Positions 30,149 through 41,001 of a stretch of DNA of 64,000 nucleotides are shown here, in pieces. The position numbers and the translations under genes are program-made. The stretch is from NCBI GenBank assembly GCA_045633945.1, contig JAZQZH010000037.1:4171-68170 (forward strand), read 5' to 3'. Origin of the DNA: Alphaproteobacteria bacterium (GTDB lineage: Bacteria; Pseudomonadota; Alphaproteobacteria; RF32; CAG-239). The notes under the pieces were generated by a model. It made no database searches. It saw only the letters and a list, made by a program, of their open reading frames with translations, and was not told where the DNA came from. The stretch's first letter is position 1, and each line of letters opens with the position of its first letter.

Positions 30149-32944
30149 TATAGATTTTAGATGATAAAGCATATCCAAAGCCTCTCTTGGACTTAAACTA
30201 TCAACATCCAAACCTTGTAGCTCTAACAAGGCTGGCTCAGGTTCTTTTTCCTTTTTCTGTTCACAAAGAGTAGCAAACAATGGCAAATCTAAATCAACAG
30301 AACTCATCACTTTGTTTTGCTTTTCTTCCTCCAACAATTTTAATACTTGTTCAGCTCTTTCAACTGTAAGTTCAGGAAGCCCCGCAAGTTTCGCCACATG
30401 AATACCATAAGATCTATCAGCCGCTCCACTTATAACTTCATGCATAAAAATAACTTCGCCATTATACTCTTTTATCTTCATACATCTCAAACTCAATGCG
30501 CTAAGTCTATCTTTTAATTTTGTAAGTTCGTGATAATGAGTAGCAAAGATTGTTCTACATTTATTAACTTCAGACAAATGTTCAACCACAGACCACGCAA
30601 TTGACAACCCATCAAATGTCGCAGTACCTCTACCAATTTCATCCAAAATCACAAACGAACGACTAGTTGCTCTATTTAAAATAGATGCTGTCTCAACCAT
30701 CTCAACCATAAATGTTGAACGACCTCTAGCCAAATCATCGCTTGCGCCAACCCGTGAAAATACTTTATCCACAACACCTATTCTAGCGCTTTTAGCTGGC
30801 ACAAAACTTCCCATTTGCGCCATAACAGCAATAAGAGCATTTTGTCTTAAAAATGTTGATTTACCAGCCATATTAGGACCTGTTAAAAGCCAAATTCTAT
30901 CATCTTCATATTTTAATTTGCAGTCATTTCCAACAAAGTTATTAGCCCCTTCAAGCCTTAAAGCAGCCTCAACCACTGGGTGACGCCCATCAACTACATC
31001 AAAATCAAGACTATTATCAACAATAGGTCTAACATAATCACACTCAACCGCCAATTCCGCAAGTGCACTAGCAACATCAATTTCTGCCATGATTTCAGCA
31101 GAATGAACTATTTTATCTGCTTGCCCTAAAGCAAACTCTCTTAATTTCTCAAAAATTTCTAATTCAAGATTAAGCGCTTCTTCTTCAGCCGAAAAAACCT
31201 CTCGCTCCAATTCCATTAGTTCTTCTGTTGTAAATCTAACCGCATTCAACACCGATTGACGATGAATAAATGTCTTATCTTCTAACAATGGAGATGCATT
31301 TTTAGATGGCACTTCAACATAAAAACCTATAATAGAATTATTTTTCACTTTTAATGCACTAACACCTGTAAGCTCAACATATTTTTTGCGCAACTCTTCA
31401 CATTTTTCTGCGCTCATAGTCTTAATATTTCTAAGGTAATCTAATGGCGCATAAGCTCCATCTTTAATAAATCCTCCATTTCTAACAAGAGCTGGTAATT
31501 GCTCTCTATCTAAAATCAATACATTCAGAATATCATTGGCCAATTCAGAATGATCATAAAAACCATTAACCACATCAAATAAATAACTAGGTGTTGCAGC
31601 ATATATACTATCTTTTTGATATGCCTTAAAACCAATCACTATATTTTTAATTTGAGGTATCATTTTCAAAGTTACCGCCAAATCGTATAAATCTTTTGGC
31701 CCGCCTCTTTCAATACTCAAACGACCAATAGCTCTCTCAGCATCTAAACATCTACGCAATGCTTCTCTAACTTCTTGACGAACTCTTGTATTTTCAACAA
31801 AGAAAGATACACAATCAAACCTATCATTAATTTTATTTATATCCATCAAAGGCATCGCAAGTCTTTCCGCTAACAACCTAGCACCAGCACCTGTTACCGT
31901 TCTATCAATCACTTTTAATAAGCTAATACCCTTTTCAGCAGAAGGCTTCAACAAATCAAGACTACGCTTTGTTGTTGCGTCAACCTCCATAATATCAGCC
32001 CCCATAATTCTTCTAGGCATTTGAATGCGAGGCATCTTTCCTTTTTGAGTTGTTTCAATATAATCAAACAACACACCTGCAGCCACAAGCTCTATTTTAG
32101 AAAAATCACCAAATGTATCAAGCGTCTTAACTTTATATGCCTTCAAAAGAGTATTAACTGCACTCTCATAATTATAAAGAGTTTTTGAACGCATAGCAAA
32201 TTTATCTCTGTATTCTCCAAACAAAGGGAAGAACTCTGGTTTATCTAAAAGTCTATCTTCAAATAATATTTCTTCAGGATCAAATCTAGATAATGCAGAA
32301 CTCAATACGTCATACGCCTTTTGCTTACCAATCTCAATGCTTTGCATAAAAAATGCACCAGTAGAAATATCAATCCAAGCTAATCCTATCTCTCTTTCGC
32401 GCACACAACTAGAAACAATATAGTTATTCTTTTTTGAATCAAGCATTGTCTCTTCTGTCAAAGTACCTGCCGTTACAAGTCTAACAATATCTCTTCTAAC
32501 AATAGCGCTAGCACCTTTTCTTTTTTTAGCTTCTTTGGGGTCTTCTGTTTGTTCAGCTATTGCAACCTTAAATCCCATTTTTATTAAACGCGCCAAATAT
32601 ATTTCATACGCATGAAATGGTACTCCACACATAGGTATATCTTTGTTTCCAAGCTTACTTCTGGTTGTAAGAGTTAACCCTAAAGCCTCAGATACTCTAA
32701 CCGCATCTTCAAAAAACAACTCATAAAAATCGCCCATCCTATAAAATAACACATATTCAGGATGTTCTCTTTTTAATTCCAAAAATCTATCCATCGCAGG
32801 CGTTGTTTTTACATTTTCAGTATCTTTAAAGGTCGCCCTTTCTGCAAATTTAGGAAATTTAGCTTCTTCATTATTATTTTTGTTTTCGCTATTTTCAATC
32901 ACTTCTTCACAACTCATTTTCTTTATCCATAAAAGCTTGCGCAT
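30143..32944 (-). CDS. mutS: DNA mismatch repair protein MutS
   Basis: TPAMDRFLELK..YRMGDFYELFFEDA N-terminus, Walker A GPNMAGKST, STFMVEM, DEIGRGT. The start may be the ATG at 32917. Confidence 0.96.
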   Translation of the reverse strand: MRKLLWIKKMSCEEVIENSENKNNNEEAKFPKFAERATFKDTENVKTTPAMDRFLELKREHPEYVLFYRMGDFYELFFEDAVRVSEALGLTLTTRSKLGNKDIPMCGVPFHAYEIYLARLIKMGFKVAIAEQTEDPKEAKKRKGASAIVRRDIVRLVTAGTLTEETMLDSKKNNYIVSSCVREREIGLAWIDISTGAFFMQSIEIGKQKAYDVLSSALSRFDPEEILFEDRLLDKPEFFPLFGEYRDKFAMRSKTLYNYESAVNTLLKAYKVKTLDTFGDFSKIELVAAGVLFDYIETTQKGKMPRIQMPRRIMGADIMEVDATTKRSLDLLKPSAEKGISLLKVIDRTVTGAGARLLAERLAMPLMDINKINDRFDCVSFFVENTRVRQEVREALRRCLDAERAIGRLSIERGGPKDLYDLAVTLKMIPQIKNIVIGFKAYQKDSIYAATPSYLFDVVNGFYDHSELANDILNVLILDREQLPALVRNGGFIKDGAYAPLDYLRNIKTMSAEKCEELRKKYVELTGVSALKVKNNSIIGFYVEVPSKNASPLLEDKTFIHRQSVLNAVRFTTEELMELEREVFSAEEEALNLELEIFEKLREFALGQADKIVHSAEIMAEIDVASALAELAVECDYVRPIVDNSLDFDVVDGRHPVVEAALRLEGANNFVGNDCKLKYEDDRIWLLTGPNMAGKSTFLRQNALIAVMAQMGSFVPAKSARIGVVDKVFSRVGASDDLARGRSTFMVEMVETASILNRATSRSFVILDEIGRGTATFDGLSIAWSVVEHLSEVNKCRTIFATHYHELTKLKDRLSALSLRCMKIKEYNGEVIFMHEVISGAADRSYGIHVAKLAGLPELTVERAEQVLKLLEEEKQNKVMSSVDLDLPLFATLCEQKKEKEPEPALLELQGLDVDSLSPREALDMLYHLKSIL

Positions 32945-33012
32945 TAACTAAATATAAACACACATCAAATATAATAAAACCATATATTTCAGTCCACAAA
33001 AATTTTAGAGAT

Positions 33013-34434
33013 ATGCAAATGTTAAATGAAGACGAATTACTTGGAATTGACAAAAACTCTGGTTTTGCAAGCCGTGTATTAATCCTTTCAATACCTAGCG
33101 GATCAATTTTTTTATTACTAGCAATTTTTAATGTATTAGATTTTGCACTTGCTTTATACTCATACATATCAGTTATATTTTTTAACGTAATATTTTTAAT
33201 GCCAATCTCAACCGAATTACAGCAAATAAAAAAATATATATCCAAACTCTCAACCGGTATAACAGAAGACGAGTTATTAAATAATTTAACAGAAAAAGAA
33301 ACTCAAAGCTTAATTACTGCAATAAATTCTATGCACAAATTCTGGGCAGATAAAACAGAAACACTTGAAAACAGAACACTCTCAGATGCTGCCGTATTAG
33401 ATACTCTTCCAGACCCATTGTTTATGATATCAAAAGAAGGCATTATAATTGGCGCCAATCTTGCAGCTAGAAAACTATTTAAAGATGAAATAAACAATGT
33501 TGATTTTATAACCCTTATTTCCGATGAAAAATTAAAAACAGCTCTTGATAATGTATTAAATGGCATTAGCAGAAAAGAAGATTTAAACCTAAATCTGCTA
33601 AATATAAAAAACAAACCAAAAGTATATGTACAAATTAGCACATTACCATGGTTTACTAAAGGTGAAATTGTAGCAGTTGTATCTTTCTATGACCTAACAA
33701 AGGCTCTTCAGTTAGAACAAATGCAACAAGACTTTGTATCCAATGCCTCCCATGAACTCAGAACACCATTATCCATCATCTCAGGTTTTGTTGAAACAAT
33801 GCTAACTTCAGCCAAAAATGATGAAAAGGCAAAAGAAAAATTCTTGCATATTGTTCAAGAGCAAACTCAGTATATGTCTTCACTTATTGAAAATTTATTA
33901 TCACTATCCAAAATAGACCTAACCCTAACCACTACTCCAACCGAAAAAATAAGCATAAATAACATAATAAAAGAACTAGCTTCTGCTCATAACATCAAGA
34001 TAAAGAACAATAATTTAACTATCGCAACAAAATTTGCACGTATTCCTCAAGTTGTTGGAGACCAATCACAACTAACACAGGTATTCCAAAACCTTATGGA
34101 CAATGCTATAAAATATGCAACACCACAAACAGAGATAAAAATAACAACAGAAAAAACTCCATACATTCCGCCACATCGCTATTATGATGTAAAAGAAGGT
34201 GAAGCAATAAAAATTACTTTTTCCAACCATAGCACCCCTATTTCAAAAGAAGATTTAGAACGACTAACAGAACGTTTTTATCGTCTTCAATCTCACAAAA
34301 ATCAGAATATAAAAGGAACAGGTTTAGGGCTAGCCATTGTTTCACAAATCATAAAAAGACATCTTGGAAATATGACTATAACTTCAAAAAATAATTTAAC
34401 CGAGTTTTCTATTTTTATTCCTATCAAACAATAA
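33013..34434 (+). CDS. PAS-domain sensor histidine kinase (PhoR-like)
   Basis: Two N-terminal TMs, PAS (LDTLPDPLFMISKEG..), H-box SNASHELRTPL, N-box DNAIKY, G-box GTGLGLAIV. No cognate regulator adjacent. Confidence 0.88.
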   Translation: MQMLNEDELLGIDKNSGFASRVLILSIPSGSIFLLLAIFNVLDFALALYSYISVIFFNVIFLMPISTELQQIKKYISKLSTGITEDELLNNLTEKETQSLITAINSMHKFWADKTETLENRTLSDAAVLDTLPDPLFMISKEGIIIGANLAARKLFKDEINNVDFITLISDEKLKTALDNVLNGISRKEDLNLNLLNIKNKPKVYVQISTLPWFTKGEIVAVVSFYDLTKALQLEQMQQDFVSNASHELRTPLSIISGFVETMLTSAKNDEKAKEKFLHIVQEQTQYMSSLIENLLSLSKIDLTLTTTPTEKISINNIIKELASAHNIKIKNNNLTIATKFARIPQVVGDQSQLTQVFQNLMDNAIKYATPQTEIKITTEKTPYIPPHRYYDVKEGEAIKITFSNHSTPISKEDLERLTERFYRLQSHKNQNIKGTGLGLAIVSQIIKRHLGNMTITSKNNLTEFSIFIPIKQ

Positions 34435-34462
34435 AAAAGGAGTGGCATAAGCCACTCCTAAA
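34433..34462. terminator. bidirectional terminator
   Basis: GGAGTGGC/GCCACTCC stem, A-run upstream. The plus-strand downstream side is TAAAT with no clear T-run, so termination is better supported for the minus-strand 513-aa gene. Confidence 0.75.
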
Positions 34463-34477
34463 TAGTAGTTCTAATAG

Positions 34478-36019
34478 CTACTTCTTGTACTTAGCAAGAA
34501 ATGGTGCTTTATCAGCGTGTGAACTCTGGAGAACTTTACGATACTCATTTTCTGTTAAGCCCTGCTTCTCAGCAAGTGCAAAAATATAAGCACACCAATC
34601 TTCAAAGGGAGACTCCAAACCAAGTAAATAAAGCGTAGCCTCTTCAGACAAGCCATACTTCTTGATATACATGGTTTTCTCATTTCCACGCTCATAGTTT
34701 GCTGTAAGCATCACACACTCTGCCGCTGGGGTCAATCGAGTTTCATTAAACAACGCAACCCACTCACTAGCCAATCCTCTTCTCAAAATCAAGCTCTGAG
34801 ACCTTGTGACCATCAAATAATCCACAAACTCCTGAAGCTTTTTAGATAGCTCAGAAATACGTGATAATGGTATACAAGACAAATCAACCATTACTCTCAA
34901 AATACACTTTACAGAATCATCATTCCACTCTATAAAAGGAAAATAAGTAATAGCTAATTTTGCATCTCTCTCAGTGGTAATCATCCTTGGCATAATAGCA
35001 CGCAACATTTCTCTTTTATCAGCACAAATCACTTGCTGATAAAGGCAATGCCAATCCTCCATATTATTTAACTTTGCCGTAATAAAGTCAAATACATGGG
35101 ACATAATCTCAGAATCAAGAGGCAACTTGTTGAACAAAGAATAGTGTTTAATAACTACCTTTGCACCATTATCGTCTCTTGCTAGCAACAATAAAAGTTT
35201 CTCCATCTCTTTCTGAGCACGATACCCGATGGAAGCCTCAGACTTATATCGATTATAGAGGAAATCAACCATTGCCGCAGCATGTTTTACCTTGTAAGAT
35301 TCAAACTTAACCTTACGATAAAGACTTGAATCCGTATCAAAAAGATATGGCAAACTATTAGAAAGGTCTAGATCAAGATTAATAGCCTTTTCAAAAGCCT
35401 CAGACAAGATCTCTCGAGCCTCTTTAGGTAAGTGCTTAGAAGCTTCCTTAGTCATATGTATAATTACATTACCAGCCCATCGCTTAGGGTTAGCGCACAA
35501 CAAGCTATTAAGCAAGCAATACTCCTTGTCAAAACTCTTACCAAGAGTAGTATAGCCATCCAAAAGTTTCTCAATCTTAAGATCGTTAAACAAGTTAGGA
35601 AGAGCAGATACAATAGATTTCAAAACACCAGTAGGCATCATGCTAACTAGCTGCATAAGACCTCGCTCGTTAGGAGTGTACACACGAAGAGCATTAATCA
35701 TCGCATTTACATCAAAATCTATCACACTTTGCGTCTGTGTCTCAACAAGAGCATTAAACTCCGCCTCAGATGACATACGAGAAACGCAGTCATATACTTG
35801 CTCCCTAATAAGCCAAACAAGAGTGTCTTTACACCACCAACGAGATGACAAACCATCTGTTGCAATAAGATTTAATTTTTTAATCATCTCAATCTCTGTC
35901 TTAGATGACAAATTCCACTTCCAACTCTCATTGACATCATAATGATTTTTCACACACCACTCTGGCGCAATACGACCAACAAAAGGATACACCCTCTCAT
36001 TCAAAAAAGAACGTCTCAT
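34478..36019 (-). CDS. hypothetical protein (513 aa), orphan
   Basis: Long intact ORF. No signal peptide, TM or motif I recognise. No SD before the ATG. Higher G+C than neighbouring non-housekeeping genes by hand counts. Confidence 0.7.
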   Translation of the reverse strand: MRRSFLNERVYPFVGRIAPEWCVKNHYDVNESWKWNLSSKTEIEMIKKLNLIATDGLSSRWWCKDTLVWLIREQVYDCVSRMSSEAEFNALVETQTQSVIDFDVNAMINALRVYTPNERGLMQLVSMMPTGVLKSIVSALPNLFNDLKIEKLLDGYTTLGKSFDKEYCLLNSLLCANPKRWAGNVIIHMTKEASKHLPKEAREILSEAFEKAINLDLDLSNSLPYLFDTDSSLYRKVKFESYKVKHAAAMVDFLYNRYKSEASIGYRAQKEMEKLLLLLARDDNGAKVVIKHYSLFNKLPLDSEIMSHVFDFITAKLNNMEDWHCLYQQVICADKREMLRAIMPRMITTERDAKLAITYFPFIEWNDDSVKCILRVMVDLSCIPLSRISELSKKLQEFVDYLMVTRSQSLILRRGLASEWVALFNETRLTPAAECVMLTANYERGNEKTMYIKKYGLSEEATLYLLGLESPFEDWCAYIFALAEKQGLTENEYRKVLQSSHADKAPFLAKYKK

Positions 36020-36250
36020 AATTTTGTAATTTTATTAGTTAAAAAATTACATCAGTAAGTCTTTCCCACTGACGGATCACAAAACACTACTTTCTAAACA
36101 AGTCTGACACCCAAAAGCTACAGCTAAAGAACGACATTCAAATCTATAGAGATAATAATTTTGTAAACACTATAAATATACCATTTTTAAACCATTTTGT
36201 CAAATAGTTTTTTTTGTCAAGCACAGATTCATAACTTAAATACAATAAAT

Positions 36251-36276
36251 AAAAAAGGGTAGACCTAAATCTACCC
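36251..36276 (-). terminator. intrinsic terminator after rplO (end of the r-protein cluster)
   Basis: Minus strand GGGTAGA-TTTAGG-TCTACCC followed by TTTTTT. Confidence 0.8.
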
Positions 36277-36303
36277 TCTTTTCTATCGCTCTTAAGCTAA
36301 TTA

Positions 36304-36759
36304 TTAAGCGTTAACAGTAACTTTACCGCCAGCTTTTTCAACAGCTTCAACCGCTGCTTTAGAAGCAGAATTAACAGTAATGTTTACAGCTACGTTCAAA
36401 GAACCACGAGCAAGCAAACGAACACCATCTAATTTCTTAGAAATAACATTAGAAGCAATCAAGCTATCTTCTGTAATTTCATTTGCGTTCAATTTGCCAG
36501 CATCAATAGCTTTTTGGATTGAATCCAAATTAACTACTGCAAATGTCTTTGCAAATGGGTTTTTAAAACCACGTTTTGGTAATCTACGGTAAATTGGCAT
36601 TTGACCGCCTTCAAAACCGTTGATAGAAACACCAGAACGAGATTTTTGACCCTTAACGCCACGTCCGCAAGTTTTACCCTTGCCAGAACCGATACCACGA
36701 CCAACGCGGATGCGATTCTTTGTAGCGCCTTCGTTATCTCTTAATTCATTAAGTTTCAT
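36304..36759 (-). CDS. rplO: 50S ribosomal protein L15
   Basis: [37 protein letters not shown]. The track start (36768) is a GTG inside the SD AAGGTGA; the ATG at 36759 is preferred. Confidence 0.95.
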   Translation of the reverse strand: MKLNELRDNEGATKNRIRVGRGIGSGKGKTCGRGVKGQKSRSGVSINGFEGGQMPIYRRLPKRGFKNPFAKTFAVVNLDSIQKAIDAGKLNANEITEDSLIASNVISKKLDGVRLLARGSLNVAVNITVNSASKAAVEAVEKAGGKVTVNA

Positions 36760-36817
36760 TTTCTTCACCTTTACAAAATAACTCTAGTTAATGTTAAAAC
36801 AATTTTACTTTAAGGTC

Positions 36818-36864
36818 GCCCGAATTTACTCTCGGGCTTCGGGGTAAATTTTAATATTCACCCC
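36818..36864 (-). other. two adjacent GC-rich hairpins in the 121-nt rpmD-rplO spacer
   Basis: GCCCGA-N8-TCGGGC (36818-36837) and GGGGT..ACCCC, a 9-bp stem (36841-36864). No clear U-run. Confidence 0.5.
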
Positions 36865-36880
36865 TAACCCTCAAAAGTAA

Positions 36881-37066
36881 TTATTCTTCAACTTTAACGA
36901 GGTGAGCTACCTTTCTAATCATACCTCTAACAGCTGATGTATCTTCTAATTCAGAAGTTCTACCAACTTTGTTTAAACCTAAGCCTTTTAAAGTCGCAAT
37001 TTGATCTTTAGTGTGGCCGATGGAACTCTTAACTTGAGTAACCTTAACAGTCTTATTATTAGCCAT
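36881..37066 (-). CDS. rpmD: 50S ribosomal protein L30
   Basis: 61 aa, [10 protein letters not shown]....Q..TL.GLGL pattern. Conserved position. Confidence 0.95.
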   Translation of the reverse strand: MANNKTVKVTQVKSSIGHTKDQIATLKGLGLNKVGRTSELEDTSAVRGMIRKVAHLVKVEE

Positions 37067-37068
37067 AA

Positions 37069-37635
37069 TTAAGCCTCCTCTTTTTCCATCTTAACGTTAG
37101 AAGTGTTCTCACGACGACTTACAATGTCACCAACTTTTTTACCACGTTTAGCAGCAACCATACGTGGGCTGTTGATTGATTGTAAAGCAACAAATGTAGC
37201 TTTAATCATATTGTAAGGGTTGTTAGAACCTAATGATTTAGCAACAACGTCCTGTACGCCTAGTACTTCAAATACTGCACGCATTGGACCACCAGCAATC
37301 ACACCAGTACCGGCTGGAGCACTTCTTAATACCACTTTACCAGCGCCAAAACGACCTGTAATATCATGGTGAAGTGTTCTACCTTCACGGAGTGGAATGC
37401 GAACCATGTTCTTTTTAGCTTCGTTAGTAGCTTTAACAATAGCCTCAGGAACTTCAGCTGCCTTACCAGAACCAAAACCAATACGGCCTTTTTGGTCTCC
37501 TACAACAACCAAAGCTGCAAAAGACATTGTACGTCCGCCTTTTACTGTCTTTGCTACGCGGTTTACGAAAACTAATTTCTCAACCAATTCTTCTTTTTTC
37601 TCTGTCTTATTGTGACGTTCTAAAGATTGTGCCAT
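37069..37635 (-). CDS. rpsE: 30S ribosomal protein S5
   Basis: ..[37 protein letters not shown] pattern. Confidence 0.97.
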   Translation of the reverse strand: MAQSLERHNKTEKKEELVEKLVFVNRVAKTVKGGRTMSFAALVVVGDQKGRIGFGSGKAAEVPEAIVKATNEAKKNMVRIPLREGRTLHHDITGRFGAGKVVLRSAPAGTGVIAGGPMRAVFEVLGVQDVVAKSLGSNNPYNMIKATFVALQSINSPRMVAAKRGKKVGDIVSRRENTSNVKMEKEEA

Positions 37636-37644
37636 GATAACCTC

Positions 37645-38007
37645 CTAAAATTTCAATCCGGCTTCACGAGCAGAATCTGCTAAAGCCTTTACACGGCCAT
37701 GATAAGCATAACCGCCACGGTCAAACACAACTTCGCTGACACCGTTCTTAATAGCACGTTCAGCTACAACTTTACCAACATACTTAGCAGCTTCAATATC
37801 TGAACTCTTTGTAATGTTAGCTCTTACTTCTTTATCTAAAGTAGAGGCAGAAGCAACTGTTGCACCTTTTGCATCATCAATAATCTGAGCATAGATGTTT
37901 TTACTACTGCGAAATACAGATAATCTCATCTTTCCATTAGCAGCAGCTTTCAAAGCCGTTCTTACACGAGCTTTTCTTTTTTCATATAATTTTCTTGGTG
38001 TACTCAT
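37645..38007 (-). CDS. rplR: 50S ribosomal protein L18
   Basis: 120 aa, ..[16 protein letters not shown] ... [22 protein letters not shown]. Confidence 0.97.
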   Translation of the reverse strand: MSTPRKLYEKRKARVRTALKAAANGKMRLSVFRSSKNIYAQIIDDAKGATVASASTLDKEVRANITKSSDIEAAKYVGKVVAERAIKNGVSEVVFDRGGYAYHGRVKALADSAREAGLKF

Positions 38008-38018
38008 TGCTTTACATC

Positions 38019-38555
38019 CTATTTCTTCTTGCCTTCTTTACGACGTACATATTCGCCATCAACACGGATACCTTTACCTTTATATGGTTCTGGTTTTCTG
38101 TATTTACGAATTTCTGCCGCAACTTGGCCAACTAACTGCTTATCAACACCATTAACTTTTAACACAGTTGGGCTATCACAAGCAATTGTAATGCCATTTG
38201 GTGTTTCAAAAATAACATCATGAGAAAAGCCTAAACTTAATACAACGTTTTTACCTTCCATACGAGCTTTGTAACCAACGCCGAATAATTCAATGCTTTT
38301 TGTATAACCAACACTTACACCCTTAACAATAGAGTTAATTTGTGCACGAGTTGTACCCCACAATGTTCTTGCAGTACGGCTTTGAGAATGAGGTGTTACA
38401 ACAATCTTACCTTCGTTTAATTCAACACTAACGTGAGAATCATCAAAGTTAAAACTTAATTCACCTAATTTTCCTTTTACGTTAACAACATTCCCATCAA
38501 CAGAAGCGTTAACACCTTCCGGGATAATAACCGGATATTTACCTACTCTTGACAT
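38019..38555 (-). CDS. rplF: 50S ribosomal protein L6
   Basis: [14 protein letters not shown]-terminus, 178 aa. Confidence 0.97.
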   Translation of the reverse strand: MSRVGKYPVIIPEGVNASVDGNVVNVKGKLGELSFNFDDSHVSVELNEGKIVVTPHSQSRTARTLWGTTRAQINSIVKGVSVGYTKSIELFGVGYKARMEGKNVVLSLGFSHDVIFETPNGITIACDSPTVLKVNGVDKQLVGQVAAEIRKYRKPEPYKGKGIRVDGEYVRRKEGKKK

Positions 38556-38567
38556 CCGCTTTCTCCC

Positions 38568-38966
38568 TTAGAATACTTGACACAAGATTTCGCCGCCAAC
38601 ATTAGCTTTTCTAGCTTCGTTATCACTCATAACACCCTTAGGTGTAGAAATGATTGATATACCTAAACCATTATAAACTCTTGGCAAGTCACGAACACTG
38701 GAATATACTCTACGTCCTGGAGTAGAAACGCGGTAAATTTCAGTAATTACACCAGTACCCTCATGGTACTTTAATTGAATATGAAGTTCTTCAATACCTG
38801 AACGTACACTTACTTTTTCATAACCAGAAATGTAACCTTCTCTCTTTAAAACTTCTAATACATTTTCACGCAAGCGAGAGGCTGGTGATACAACATCACT
38901 TTTCTTCGCTCTTTGTGCGTTTCTAATGCGTGTGAGCATATCGCCCAAAGGATCAGTCATAGACAT
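38568..38966 (-). CDS. rpsH: 30S ribosomal protein S8
   Basis: [18 protein letters not shown]-terminus, 132 aa. Confidence 0.97.
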   Translation of the reverse strand: MSMTDPLGDMLTRIRNAQRAKKSDVVSPASRLRENVLEVLKREGYISGYEKVSVRSGIEELHIQLKYHEGTGVITEIYRVSTPGRRVYSSVRDLPRVYNGLGISIISTPKGVMSDNEARKANVGGEILCQVF

Positions 38967-38978
38967 AATATCATCTCC

Positions 38979-39284
38979 TTACCAGCTTGATTTTACCAAA
39001 CCCGGTATCTCGCCGAAGCTTGCCATGTCTCTTAATTCAACACGGCTAACACCGAATTTTCTATTGTAACTACGTGAACGTCCTGTAATCTTACAACGGT
39101 TTCTTACTCTAACCTTTGAAGAGTTACGAGGCAACGCTGCTAATTTCAAAGTTGCTTGAAATCTATCTTCTTCAGAAGCATTCTTATCATCAGCAATGGC
39201 TTTTAACTTAGCACGTACATTTGCAAATTTTGCAACCATCTTTACGCGCTTCAAGTTTCTGTATACTGAACTTGTTTTTGACAT
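38979..39284 (-). CDS. rpsN: 30S ribosomal protein S14 (long, non-zinc form)
   Basis: 101 aa, ends ..[21 protein letters not shown]. Confidence 0.96.
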   Translation of the reverse strand: MSKTSSVYRNLKRVKMVAKFANVRAKLKAIADDKNASEEDRFQATLKLAALPRNSSKVRVRNRCKITGRSRSYNRKFGVSRVELRDMASFGEIPGLVKSSW

Positions 39285-39298
39285 AGTAAAATCTCCGC

Positions 39299-39841
39299 TT
39301 ATTTCTTATATGGTAAGTTGAAAGATGTCAAAAGAAACTTAGCTTCTTCGTCAGTCTTAGCAGATGTACAAATAACAATATCCATACCTCTTACTTGATC
39401 AACTTTTTCATAGTTAATTTCAGGGAAAATAATTTGCTCTTTAATGCCAAAAGCAAAGTTTCCTCTTCCATCAAAGTTCTTACCACTAATACCGTGGAAG
39501 TCTCTGATACGTGGAAGTGCCATGTTGATTAAACGCTCTAAGAACTCATACATTCTATCAGAACGAAGAGTTACTTTACATCCGATTGGCATACCTTCTC
39601 TTAATTTGAAAGTAGCAATAGATTTTCTAGCTTCTGTAACAACTGGTTTTTGACCAGCAATCATAGCCATCTCTTCTACAGCGTTATTTAATTTTTTCTT
39701 GTCTGTAATAGCGTCACCAACGCCCATATTCAAGACAATCTTTGTCAACTTAGGAATCTCATGTGGGTTCTTGTAACCGAATTTTTCCACAAGAGCCTTC
39801 TTAATGACATCATTATATAATTTTTCAAAATTTGTCATCAA
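39299..39841 (-). CDS. rplE: 50S ribosomal protein L5
   Basis: ..[14 protein letters not shown] ... FDGRGN..FG..EQ.IFPEI pattern. Confidence 0.97.
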   Translation of the reverse strand: MMTNFEKLYNDVIKKALVEKFGYKNPHEIPKLTKIVLNMGVGDAITDKKKLNNAVEEMAMIAGQKPVVTEARKSIATFKLREGMPIGCKVTLRSDRMYEFLERLINMALPRIRDFHGISGKNFDGRGNFAFGIKEQIIFPEINYEKVDQVRGMDIVICTSAKTDEEAKFLLTSFNLPYKK

Positions 39842-39849
39842 TTTATCTC

Positions 39850-40164
39850 CTAATTATCGATTACTTCGCCAGTTTTACGAGCAACACGCTTTTTAACGCC
39901 GTCAACAACCTTGTAGCCAACCTTTGAAGGTTTGCCTTCAGCTGTTACCACTGCAACATTAGAAACCTGAATAGCTGCTTCTTTAGTAACAATACCACCA
40001 GGATTTGTTTGGCTTGGTTTAGTATGTCTTTTTACAAGATTTACACCTTGCACAACAACTTTACCTTCTTTTGGCATAGCTTTTAAAACTTCACCAGTTT
40101 TACCTTTGTCATTTCCTGCGATAACAATTACTTTATCACCTTTTTTGATTTTCATTTTGCTCAT
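39850..40164 (-). CDS. rplX: 50S ribosomal protein L24
   Basis: [24 protein letters not shown]. Its start overlaps the rplN stop by 1 nt (TAATG). Confidence 0.96.
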   Translation of the reverse strand: MSKMKIKKGDKVIVIAGNDKGKTGEVLKAMPKEGKVVVQGVNLVKRHTKPSQTNPGGIVTKEAAIQVSNVAVVTAEGKPSKVGYKVVDGVKKRVARKTGEVIDN

Positions 40165-40532
40165 TACAAAACCTCCGGCGCTAAAGAAATAATTTTCATG
40201 AATTTTTTCGCACGCAACTCTCTAGTTACTGGACCAAAAATACGTGTACCAATTGGTTCACCATCTTTGTTAACTAAAACAGCTGCATTGCTGTCAAAAC
40301 GGATTACACTACCGTCTTTACGTCTGATGTCGCTGGCTGTTCTAACGATAACTGCACGTTGAACATCACCTTTCTTTACACGCCCTTTAGGCATTGCATC
40401 TTTCACAGAAACGATGATAATGTCACCGACTGAAGCATGCATTCTCTTGGAACCACCAAGAACTTTAATGCACTGCACCTGACGTGCGCCAGAATTATCT
40501 GCAACATCTAGGTTGGTTTGCATCTGTATCAT
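40164..40532 (-). CDS. rplN: 50S ribosomal protein L14
   Basis: [27 protein letters not shown]. Confidence 0.98.
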   Translation of the reverse strand: MIQMQTNLDVADNSGARQVQCIKVLGGSKRMHASVGDIIIVSVKDAMPKGRVKKGDVQRAVIVRTASDIRRKDGSVIRFDSNAAVLVNKDGEPIGTRIFGPVTRELRAKKFMKIISLAPEVL

Positions 40533-40549
40533 AATTCATTCCTTCCTAA

Positions 40550-40792
40550 TTAGGCATTTTCATTATTACTAATAACAGTCCAAGTCTTGGTCTTAGAATA
40601 TGGTTTAGATTCTACGATAGAAACCATATCACCTTCTTTGCACTGATTGTTCTCATCGTGAGCAGCAAATTTCTTACTTTTCTTCACGAATTTTTTGTAA
40701 ACAGGATGCATAACCTGACGCTCTACGCTGACTACGACAGTTTTATCCTGTTTAGCACTTACTACAACACCTTGAAGAATTCTTTTAGGCAT
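40550..40792 (-). CDS. rpsQ: 30S ribosomal protein S17
   Basis: 80 aa, ..L.G.VVS.K.DKT.VV.VER...HP.Y.K. Confidence 0.96.
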   Translation of the reverse strand: MPKRILQGVVVSAKQDKTVVVSVERQVMHPVYKKFVKKSKKFAAHDENNQCKEGDMVSIVESKPYSKTKTWTVISNNENA

Positions 40793-40803
40793 CTGTTTTT
40801 CTC

Positions 40804-41001
40804 CTAACTATTCTTCTTACGCTCTGTTAAAAGCGTATTGATTTGAGCTACTTCTTTACGAACTTTAGAGATAGCTGATGTATTTTGCAATTGGCCAGTA
40901 GCTTGTTGAATGCGCAAACTTAATTGCTCTTTCTTACATTCTACGAGTCTTGCTTCTAATTCATCATCACTCATAGCTCTCAAATCTTTAAATTTCACCA
41001 T
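40804..41001 (-). CDS. rpmC: 50S ribosomal protein L29
   Basis: 65 aa, helical, LR..S..EL...L.....E.F.LR.Q-type pattern. Conserved position. Confidence 0.93.
   Translation of the reverse strand: MVKFKDLRAMSDDELEARLVECKKEQLSLRIQQATGQLQNTSAISKVRKEVAQINTLLTERKKNS

Noticed and set aside
32907-33245. 112-aa minus-strand ORF spanning the mutS / kinase divergent region
   Set aside because: It overlaps both the mutS start and the kinase N-terminus and has no supporting signal.
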